Positions 31,186 to 38,035 of a stretch of DNA of 64,000 nt are shown here, piece after piece. The notes beneath the pieces are model-generated. The model was not told where the DNA came from. It did no database searches and saw nothing but the letters and a program-made list of their open reading frames with translations. Location: contig JAXMOZ010000004.1 of NCBI GenBank assembly GCA_034382075.1, positions 5,740 through 69,739 of the forward strand, given 5' to 3'. A program made the translations under genes and the position numbers. The DNA comes from Rhodospirillales bacterium (GTDB taxonomy: Bacteria > Pseudomonadota > Alphaproteobacteria > Rhodospirillales > Defluviicoccaceae). Position 1 is the first letter of the stretch; each line of letters opens with the position of its first letter.

Positions 31186-31908
31186 GTGGCCAGTCCGATC
31201 GAGCAATTCAAGATCGACAGGATCGTCGAGGTGAACCTCGGCAACGTCGATACGTCCTTCACCAACTCCAGCCTGTTCATGGTCATCGCCGTCGGCGCGA
31301 TCACCGCCTTCCTGGTCGGCGCCACCCGGGAGAAGTCGCTGATCCCCGGCCGATGGCAGTCGATGGCCGAGCTCGCCTACGAGTTCGTCGCCAACACGGT
31401 GAGAACCAACGTCGGCAGCGAGGGGCGGAGGTACTTCCCCTTCATCTTCTCGCTGTTCATGTTCATCCTGTTCGGCAACATGCTCGGCATCATCCCCTAC
31501 AGCTTCACCTTCACCAGCCACCTGGCGGTGACGCTGGGGATGGCGCTGGTGGTCTTCATCGGCACGACCATCATCGGCTTCGCCAAGCACGGCTTGCACT
31601 TTTTCAGCTTCTTCCTTCCCCACGGGACGCCCTGGTTCATCGCTCCGATCCTGGTTCCGATCGAGGTCTTGTCCTACTTCACCCGCCCGATCAGCCTGTC
31701 GCTGCGTCTGTTCGCGAACATGACCGCCGGGCACACGCTGTTGAAGGTGTTCGCGGGCTTCGTCGCCGCCATGGGGCTTGCCGGCATCGTCCCGCTGCTC
31801 GCCGTGATCGGCCTGACCGGGCTGGAGATGCTCGTCGCCTTCTTGCAGGCCTATGTTTTTGCGGTCCTGTCGTGTATCTACCTCAACGACGCCCTGCACA
31901 TGCACTAG
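31186..31908 (+). CDS. atpB: F0F1 ATP synthase subunit a
   Basis: MASPIEQFKI...ISLSLRLFANMTAGHTLL (essential Arg motif), polytopic. GTG start. Confidence 0.95.
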   Translation: MASPIEQFKIDRIVEVNLGNVDTSFTNSSLFMVIAVGAITAFLVGATREKSLIPGRWQSMAELAYEFVANTVRTNVGSEGRRYFPFIFSLFMFILFGNMLGIIPYSFTFTSHLAVTLGMALVVFIGTTIIGFAKHGLHFFSFFLPHGTPWFIAPILVPIEVLSYFTRPISLSLRLFANMTAGHTLLKVFAGFVAAMGLAGIVPLLAVIGLTGLEMLVAFLQAYVFAVLSCIYLNDALHMH

Positions 31909-31991
31909 TCTTGGCCGGGCACGACCGGGGATCGGCGAGGGGCCGGCTCTGACAACGAAAATGTCGCAACCCTTGGATGGGGAATGAAACG

Positions 31992-32219
31992 ATGGAAGTT
32001 GATGCAGCGAAGATGATCGGTGCCGGCATCGCGGTTGTCGGTCTCGGTGGCGTGGGTGCAGGTATTGGCAACATCTTTGCCACCACCATCTCCTCGCTCG
32101 CCCGCAACCCGGCGGCGCAGCCGGTGGTGCAGCTGCCGATGTGGGTTGGCTTCGCCCTGGTCGAGGCGGTGGCGCTGTACGCGCTGGTCGTCGCGCTGAT
32201 GCTCATGTTCGTGACCTGA
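31992..32219 (+). CDS. atpE: F0F1 ATP synthase subunit c
   Basis: MEVDAAKMIGAGIAVVGLGGVGAGIGNIF...GFALVEAVALYALVVALMLMF (hairpin with the carboxylate Glu). The track ORF starts 5 codons earlier. Confidence 0.9.
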   Translation: MEVDAAKMIGAGIAVVGLGGVGAGIGNIFATTISSLARNPAAQPVVQLPMWVGFALVEAVALYALVVALMLMFVT

Positions 32220-32282
32220 GCGCCTGCTCGTCCTCCAACCTCACTTATCCTGATCCTGTCGCCGTCTCCGCCGGAGGGGTAA

Positions 32283-32774
32283 ATGCCCCAGTTCGACCCT
32301 GCCGTCTGGCCGACCCAGCTGTTCTGGCTCGCGGTCAGCTTCGTCGTCCTCTATCTGCTGATGGCGCGGGTCGCGCTGCCGCGCATCTCGACCATCCTCG
32401 AGGAGCGGGAGTTCCGCATTAACGACAGCCTGCGCCGGGCGGAGAGCCTGAAACAGGATGCGGAGGCGGCCGTCGCGGCTTACGAGAAGCTGATGGCGGA
32501 CGCTCGGGCGAAGGCACAGGAGCAGGTGCACAGCGTTCGTGAGCGTGCCGCCCGGGACGCGGCCGAGCGGCACGCCGAACTCAACGACCGCCTGAGCGCG
32601 GAGGTGGCGGCTGCGGAGACGCGGATCGCCGGCGCCCGCGACCAGGCCATCGGCGAGCTTCGCGGGCTGGCCGTCGACGTGGCCGGCGCGGCGGTGGAGC
32701 GGCTGGTGGGCGAGAAGCTCGATCCGGCCATGGTCGGCCGGGCCGTCGACAGCAGCATGCAGGGGGTCGGGTGA
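32283..32774 (+). CDS. atpF2: F0F1 ATP synthase subunit b'
   Basis: MPQFDPAVWPTQLFWLAVSFVVLYLLMARVALPRISTILEERE...: single TM plus a long helix, first of two b-type genes as in alphaproteobacteria. Confidence 0.85.
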   Translation: MPQFDPAVWPTQLFWLAVSFVVLYLLMARVALPRISTILEEREFRINDSLRRAESLKQDAEAAVAAYEKLMADARAKAQEQVHSVRERAARDAAERHAELNDRLSAEVAAAETRIAGARDQAIGELRGLAVDVAGAAVERLVGEKLDPAMVGRAVDSSMQGVG

Positions 32775-33313
32775 TGATGGCCTGGGCGGCGACGGATCCG
32801 TCGGCCGCGGCGGAGCACGCGCACCAGCCGTTCTATCTCACCGGCGAGTTCTGGGTTGCCGTCGGCTTCATCCTCTTCGTCCTTCTGGTTGGACGCACCG
32901 CCTACCGGGTCGTCACCGCCGCCCTGGACGAACGGGCGCAGCGGATCAAGGATCAGGTCGAGGAGGCCACCCGCCTCGCCGAGGAGGCGCAGCAGCTGCT
33001 TGCCACCTACGAGCGCAAGCAGCGCGACGCCGCCGCCGAGGCCGAGACCGTCGTCGAGATGGCGAGGCGCGAAGCCGATCGGCTGGCGGATCAGGCGGCG
33101 AAGGACCTGGAGCGGTCGGTGCAGCGGCGCGAGGCGCTGGCGCTCGAGCGTATTGCCCAGGCCGAGAGCTCGGCGGTGGCCGAGGTTCGGGCCAAGGCAA
33201 CCGAGATCGCGCTGGAGGCGACCCGGCGGCTGCTGGTCGAGCGCGTGAGTGGCGCCCGCGCCGGTGCGCTGATCGACGCCGCCATCAAGGAGCTGCCGAA
33301 GCGGCTGAATTAA
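32771..33313 (+). CDS. atpF: F0F1 ATP synthase subunit b
   Basis: FYLTGEFWVAVGFILFVLLVGRTAYRVVTAALDERAQRIKDQVEEA...: TM plus a long charged helix. The start (GTG 32771, ATG 32774 or ATG 32777) overlaps the b' stop. Confidence 0.85.
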   Translation: MMMAWAATDPSAAAEHAHQPFYLTGEFWVAVGFILFVLLVGRTAYRVVTAALDERAQRIKDQVEEATRLAEEAQQLLATYERKQRDAAAEAETVVEMARREADRLADQAAKDLERSVQRREALALERIAQAESSAVAEVRAKATEIALEATRRLLVERVSGARAGALIDAAIKELPKRLN

Positions 33314-33346
33314 AGCGGCTTGCGATCAAGGCAATCAGAAAACAGG

Positions 33347-33434
33347 GTCGCCATTGCGAGGCGGCAGAAGCCGACGAAGCAATCCAGTGAATGTTGCACT
33401 GGATCGCCACGCCGCTCCGCGGCTCGCGATGACG
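33347..33434 (+). repeat. Palindromic intergenic repeat, family A (CATTGCGAG...CTCGCGATGACG type)
   Basis: gtcgccattgcgag...gcaatccagtg aatgttg cactggatcgcc...ctcgcgatgacg. Its right arm 33403..33434 is a perfect 32-nt reverse complement of 34911..34942. Confidence 0.8.
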
Positions 33435-33521
33435 AAGTGTTGTTTCTGGCGGGTCAACCTGATGACAATCCGCTTAAGCCGCCTCTCCTCCCGTTGATTT
33501 CGCTCGTCGAATGCGGACGGC

Positions 33522-33553
33522 GTGTATGGCCACGACAAGCGCGGCCATGACGG
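33522..33553 (+). repeat. Half copy of repeat family B (right-hand hairpin plus ATGACG end)
   Basis: gtatGGCCACGacaagCGCGGCCATGACGg aligns with 34803..34830 and 57541..57568. Confidence 0.6.
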
Positions 33554-33721
33554 CTCCAGGAGGAGGACTCATTCCAGCCAAGCCCGCACGTGTTGCAGGC
33601 ATCCATGAACGCGGCGCCGCGCACTGTTGCCGGCTACTACCGTCCATGCCGGCTGCAACGGCCTTGACCCCTCCCTGCGCGGCGCCCAGGCTGTGTCCGT
33701 AGCATTCGGGGGAACCTGGCG

Positions 33722-33919
33722 ATGAGCGGTTGGGGCTGTCCGTACGAGCTGCACGGGCAATGTCAGCGGGTTCCGGGGCGAGCCTGCGATCCCGGGATGA
33801 AGGGCTGCATCCTCTTCGGCCGCTTCACCTTCTCCACCGAGGCGAAGAACCGGCCGCCGAAGCCGCCCCGCCGCGTGCCCGGCACGCCGGCGGTTCGTCC
33901 GTCCGGCGGCAAGCCTTGA
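33722..33919 (+). CDS. Small Cys-rich hypothetical protein (65 aa)
   Basis: [54 protein letters not shown]... Four Cys spaced C-x7-C-x7-C-x6-C, G/C-rich third codon positions, GGGGGAA about 10 nt upstream. Ends 25 nt before queC. Confidence 0.45.
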   Translation: MSGWGCPYELHGQCQRVPGRACDPGMKGCILFGRFTFSTEAKNRPPKPPRRVPGTPAVRPSGGKP

Positions 33920-33944
33920 GCTTCCAAGCGATCCCGTCCGGACC

Positions 33945-34661
33945 ATGAGCCAGGAGCCGCCCGCCGGCGACGCCGCCATCGTGCTGTTTTCCGGCGGCCA
34001 GGACTCGACGACCTGCCTCGCCTGGGCGCTGGAGCGCTTCGAGCGGGTGGAGACCATCGCCTTCGACTACCGCCAGCGCCACGGCATCGAGCTCGAATGC
34101 CGCAAGAGCGTGCTGGCCGAGTTCCGCCACCGCTTCCCCCCGTGGACCGCGCGGCTCGGCGAGCACCACCTGGTCGACCTGGGCGTGCTGGCGGAGATCA
34201 GCGAGACGGCGCTCACCGGCGACGGCGAAATCCGCCTCGGCGAGAAGGGCCTGCCCACCACCTTCGTTCCCGGGCGCAACATCCTGTTTCTCACCATGGC
34301 CGCCGCGGTCGGCTACCGCCGCGGCCTACGCCACCTCGTCGCCGGCGTCTGCGAGACCGACTACTCCGGCTATCCCGACTGCCGCGACGACACCATCAAG
34401 GCGACCCAGTTGGCGCTCAACCTCGGCATGGACGCCCGCTTCGTCGTCCACACGCCGTTGATGTGGCTGGACAAGGCCGCGACCTGGCGGCTGGCCGAGA
34501 GCCTGGGCGGGGCGGCGCTGCTCGAGATCGTCCGCGAGCACACCCACACCTGCTACCTGGGCGAACGCTCGCTCCGCCACGACTGGGGGTATGGCTGCGG
34601 CGCCTGCCCGGCCTGCACGCTCCGGGCGGAGGGGTATAGGCGGTACCGGCGCGGCGCGTGA
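33945..34661 (+). CDS. queC: 7-cyano-7-deazaguanine synthase
   Basis: [19 protein letters not shown] (SGGxDS PP-loop), VPGRNILFL, and the C-terminal Zn cluster CYLGE...GCGACPAC. Confidence 0.93.
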   Translation: MSQEPPAGDAAIVLFSGGQDSTTCLAWALERFERVETIAFDYRQRHGIELECRKSVLAEFRHRFPPWTARLGEHHLVDLGVLAEISETALTGDGEIRLGEKGLPTTFVPGRNILFLTMAAAVGYRRGLRHLVAGVCETDYSGYPDCRDDTIKATQLALNLGMDARFVVHTPLMWLDKAATWRLAESLGGAALLEIVREHTHTCYLGERSLRHDWGYGCGACPACTLRAEGYRRYRRGA

Positions 34662-34763
34662 GCCGTAAGAAGTCTTGTTCATAAGAGTGACGAGAGCGAC
34701 CTGTGCGTAGATAATGCGGCAGAACTCGCGAGCAGCATCGTCAATATCTCTGCGTTTATTCAT

Positions 34764-34830
34764 CGTCACCCCCGGACTTGTTCCGGGGGGTCTCGAAGGC
34801 TGGATTGCCGTAACAAGTACGGCCATGACG
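34764..34830 (+). repeat. Intergenic repeat family B, full copy (about 67 bp, two hairpins, CGTCA...TGACG termini)
   Basis: cgtcaCCCCCGGActtgtTCCGGGGGgtctcgaaggctggattGCCGTAacaagTACGGCcatgacg. About 85% identical to 57500..57568 by eye. Confidence 0.85.
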
Positions 34831-34910
34831 TTGAAGAAATGAATACAAGCATCCAGGCGCTACAGGTTGTCTGATTTGCCCGAGGTCATTTAACTCTATA
34901 CATCCACAGG

Positions 34911-35036
34911 CGTCATCGCGAGCCGCGGAGCGGCGTGGCGATGTAGGATAGCCGGAGGCGTATCCCGCCAAGCATTCGCGGGTCCGGCTTCGCCTCGACC
35001 CGCCCTACGGCTTCGTCGGCTTCGCGGCAACGACGG
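34911..35036 (-). repeat. Repeat family A, inverted and expanded copy
   Basis: Starts with cgtcatcgcgagccgcggagcggcgtggcgat (the reverse complement of 33403..33434). Ends with gcttcgtcggcttcgcggcaacgacgg, which shares gcttcgtcggcttc with the reverse complement of the other arm of the first copy. Confidence 0.7.
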
Positions 35037-35062
35037 TATTGTCGAAGGTGCCGGGCCGGCGA

Positions 35063-35506
35063 CTACTCGTCCCGGTGGGTGCGCTCCATCCGCTCGTGGC
35101 GCTCCTGCGCCTCGAGGCTCAAGGTGGCGATGGGGCGGGCCTCCAGCCTGGAGATGCTGATCGGCTCGTGGGTTTCCTCGCAGTAGCCGTAGACCCCGGC
35201 CTCGATCCGCTCCAGGGCCTCGTCGATCTTGGCGATCAGCTTGCGCGCCCGGTCGCGGGTGCGGAGCTCCAGGGCGCGAGCGGCTTCGGCGGAGGCGCGG
35301 TCGGCAATGTCGGCCTCGTCCAGGCCGCCCTCCTGCAGATGGTGCAGGGTTTCCGACGATTCGTTGAGGAGTTCGTTGCGCCATGCCAGGAGCTTGTGGC
35401 GGAAGTAGTCGCGCATCAGCGGGTTCATGAACGGCTCGGACTCGGTCGGCCGGTAGTCCGGCGGCACCGTGACCGACGTCTCGGACCGGCTGGATGCTTC
35501 CTGCAC
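35063..35506 (-). CDS. dksA: RNA polymerase-binding transcription factor DksA (one-Cys variant)
   Basis: MNPLMRDYFRHKLLAWRNELL..., coiled-coil tip DEADIADRAS (DxxDxA), C-terminal YGYCEETHEPISISRLEARPIATLSLEAQ. Confidence 0.9.
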   Translation of the reverse strand: MQEASSRSETSVTVPPDYRPTESEPFMNPLMRDYFRHKLLAWRNELLNESSETLHHLQEGGLDEADIADRASAEAARALELRTRDRARKLIAKIDEALERIEAGVYGYCEETHEPISISRLEARPIATLSLEAQERHERMERTHRDE

Positions 35507-35596
35507 CTTCTCACAACCTAAATGAACCCTGTCGGCGCCGGGACTATAGGTGTGAAGACTAATACTCGCAAGCGGTAAGTTTCCGGTGCAAACCCC

Positions 35597-36082
35597 TCAA
35601 GCCCCTGAAGAGAAACGGGAAACAGGTTCGGGGCCGGGAACGGGCGACGGCCCGTTGCGATTCGCGCGGTGAAACTTGGCGAGCTCGACGGCGCAGCGGA
35701 GCTCGATCTCGGCGATGACCGCGTCGAGGCGCGGCTCGCCCAGCCGGGCGGAGCGGGCGGCCAGGGCGTCGGCGATCGCCCGCAGGCGGGCCGGCGGGAC
35801 GGCGCCGCAAAGCAGGGCGAGGCGCAGCTCGTCCAACCGGTCGAGCAGGCCCGTGCCATGGCGGACCGCCTCGGCGCGCCCGCCGGCGGGCTCTGGCCCG
35901 GGCGCTTCCTGAAGCAGCAGCAGTGCAGAGGGGCAGACGAAGGTAGTCGCGCCCGGGGCCTCCGGGGGAGCCTCGGCCTCGCTCTCCAAGGTGAAGCGGC
36001 TGCCATCGGCGCGGACGGCGCCCTTGCGGCGAGGGGACGCGGTGGCGGCGGGGCGCGGGGCGTTGGTGACGAGGATCGGCAT
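35597..36082 (-). CDS. fliX: Flagellar assembly regulator FliX
   Basis: The C-terminal half LLLLQEAPGP...RHGTGLLDRLDELRLALLCGAVPPARLRAIADALAARSARLGEPRLDAVIAEIELRCAVELAKF matches my memory of the FliX family (ALLALQ...LD.LKL.LL.G......L..L......D..L..VL.EIE.RAAVELAKL). Confidence 0.72.
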   Translation of the reverse strand: MPILVTNAPRPAATASPRRKGAVRADGSRFTLESEAEAPPEAPGATTFVCPSALLLLQEAPGPEPAGGRAEAVRHGTGLLDRLDELRLALLCGAVPPARLRAIADALAARSARLGEPRLDAVIAEIELRCAVELAKFHRANRNGPSPVPGPEPVSRFSSGA

Positions 36083-36254
36083 CCGGTTCCTTCCGCCGGC
36101 AAAGCGGGGATCTCGCCGGCAGTCTTCCCGGAGCGGCTTAAGATGCGCTTAAGCCGGAGCCGACCCGGCAGAGCTTGCCGGGCAAGGATGGCCGCAACCG
36201 CCACCGGCTCCGCGGCACCCTGCCGCCTTGCGCGGGTTTCCTGGCCCTATCCGT

Positions 36255-36270
36255 TGGCCCGGCCCTTGCT
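36255..36270 (+). promoter_or_regulatory. Candidate sigma54 (-24/-12) promoter of the flgE-like gene
   Basis: TGGCCCggcccTTGCT versus consensus TGGCAC-N5-TTGCW, with correct GG/GC spacing, 55 nt upstream of ATG 36325. Confidence 0.5.
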
Positions 36271-36324
36271 CGGGGCCACGCGCCGGCGCCGCCAGCCGTG
36301 GCGCATGCTTCAGGGGGATCGGCC

Positions 36325-37629
36325 ATGAGCACGTTCGGAGCCTTTCAGTCGAGTGTCCTCGGCATGATCAGCCAAAGCCATGCCATGGGCGTGATCGGCG
36401 CCAACATCGCCAATGTCGCCACGACCGGGTTCAAGCGCACCGACGCCCACTTCGAGACCCTGCTCGGGCGCACCTTCGCCAGCCAGCCCGGAACGCCCGA
36501 CCTCGGCGGGCCGCTGACCAGCCAGTCGGATCTCGGTGGCGTCGCCGCAAAGGATTATGCCCGGGTGTCGCTGCAGGGCGAGCTCGCGGCGAGCGGAGGC
36601 GACTACGACATCGCCATCAACGGCCCCGGCTTCTTCGTCTTCGAGGACGGCCCGGTCGGGTCGGGGCGCAGGGTCTATGGCCGCGACGGCGCCTTCGCCA
36701 GCCGGGTCGGCGAGCCGGTGACGGCGAGCCTCGGCGACGGCACGACCGCCACGAGCACCGAAACCTTCCTCGTCGACGGCAACGGCCGGTACGTGCTGGG
36801 CTGGCCGGCCGCGGCCGGCGATGCGCCGGGAGCTGCGAGCGCCGCCGGCCTCGGGCCGATCCGCATCGACCCGTACGCCTTCATCACCCCGTTCGCGCCG
36901 ACCAGCGCGGTCGGCCTCGGGCTCAATTTGCCGGCGCTTGCCGCCGCCGGCAGCCGCGAGGCCTACAGCATCGACGTGTTCGACAGCGCCGGTCGGGCCC
37001 GCCCCATCGAGCTCGGCTTCACCAAGACCGGCACCAATGCCTGGGCGCTGGATGCCATCGGCGCCCCCGGGGATGCGCTGACGCTGGGGCCGGCGCCGCT
37101 CGCGCCCTTGAGCTTCGACGCCATGGGCCAGGCGGTGGGCGGCGCCGCTTTCGCCGTCTCCGTCGCCCACCCCGGCGGTGCAAGCTCGGCGTTCAGCCTC
37201 GACCTTAGCGCCTTCACCCAGGTGGCCGGGCCGCTGGCGCCGTTGTCCTTTGCCCGCGACGGCCACGAGGCCGGCATCCTCGACACCATTGCCTTCGACG
37301 CCGCCGGCACGGTCATGGGCACCTTCACCAACGGCCACGCCCGTCCGCTCTACCGGCTGGCCCTGGCCGACTTCGCCAACCCCGACGGGCTCATGGCGCT
37401 CAGCGGCAACGTCTATGCCGAGAGCGAGGCCTCAGGCGCGCCCGCATTGGGCGCCGCCGGCGATCCCGGCCTCGGTTCGGTGGTGGCCGGGGCGCTGGAG
37501 CGCTCCAACGTCGATCTGCCGCGCGAGTTCACCAGGATGCTGGTGACGCAGAAGGCCTACAACGCTTCGGCAACGGCGTTTCGCACCACCGACGAAATGA
37601 CCACCATCGCCCGCGACCTGAAGCGGTGA
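36325..37629 (+). CDS. flgE: Flagellar hook protein FlgE family (434 aa)
   Basis: N-terminus MSTFGAFQSSVLGMISQSHAMGVIGANIANVATTGFKRTD (Flg_bb_rod) and C-terminus GALERSNVDLPREFTRMLVTQKAYNASATAFRTTDEMT (Flg_bbr_C). GGGGGA RBS. Confidence 0.82.
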   Translation: MSTFGAFQSSVLGMISQSHAMGVIGANIANVATTGFKRTDAHFETLLGRTFASQPGTPDLGGPLTSQSDLGGVAAKDYARVSLQGELAASGGDYDIAINGPGFFVFEDGPVGSGRRVYGRDGAFASRVGEPVTASLGDGTTATSTETFLVDGNGRYVLGWPAAAGDAPGAASAAGLGPIRIDPYAFITPFAPTSAVGLGLNLPALAAAGSREAYSIDVFDSAGRARPIELGFTKTGTNAWALDAIGAPGDALTLGPAPLAPLSFDAMGQAVGGAAFAVSVAHPGGASSAFSLDLSAFTQVAGPLAPLSFARDGHEAGILDTIAFDAAGTVMGTFTNGHARPLYRLALADFANPDGLMALSGNVYAESEASGAPALGAAGDPGLGSVVAGALERSNVDLPREFTRMLVTQKAYNASATAFRTTDEMTTIARDLKR

Positions 37630-37687
37630 CGCCGGCCTCGGCCGCCTCTACGCTGCGCCCGACGGTGTTCCCCTGCAGGTCTGGCCG

Positions 37688-38035
37688 ATGAAGACCCTGT
37701 CGTTTCCCCTGTTGGCGCTCGCCTCGGCCGCGCTCGCCGCCGGCGCCGCCATGGCCGCGCGTCTCTGGCTGCTGGAGGTGCCGGCGATCGGCTGGCGCTG
37801 CGCCGAAAGCGGTCCGCCCGGATGGTGCGGGCTCTATGCGGGCCTCGGCTGGCTGCTCAGGAGCCAGGTCTTCGGCTGGGCCGCGGCGGCCCTGGCCGCC
37901 TTCGCCCTGTTCGCCTCAAGCCGAACCGCGGTCCTGGCGGCCGTTGCCGCCGGCGCCATGCCGCTGGTCCTCTACAACGCCCAGCTCGGCGCCGCCGCCG
38001 TCCTGCTCGCGGCACTGCGAGCCGTCCGGCTGTAG
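37688..38035 (+). CDS. Hypothetical membrane protein (115 aa)
   Basis: MKTLSFPLLALASAALAAGAAMA..., about 3 hydrophobic segments, G/C-rich third codon positions over the unshared part. The last 120 nt overlap the 3' end of the convergent NdvC-like ORF, so one of the two tails may not be translated. Confidence 0.4.
   Translation: MKTLSFPLLALASAALAAGAAMAARLWLLEVPAIGWRCAESGPPGWCGLYAGLGWLLRSQVFGWAAAALAAFALFASSRTAVLAAVAAGAMPLVLYNAQLGAAAVLLAALRAVRL

Noticed and set aside
33554-33944. preQ1 riboswitch upstream of queC
   Set aside because: No compact hairpin plus A-rich tail resembling preQ1-I/II is recognisable. The space is taken by repeat debris and the 65-aa ORF. This needs an Rfam scan to exclude formally.
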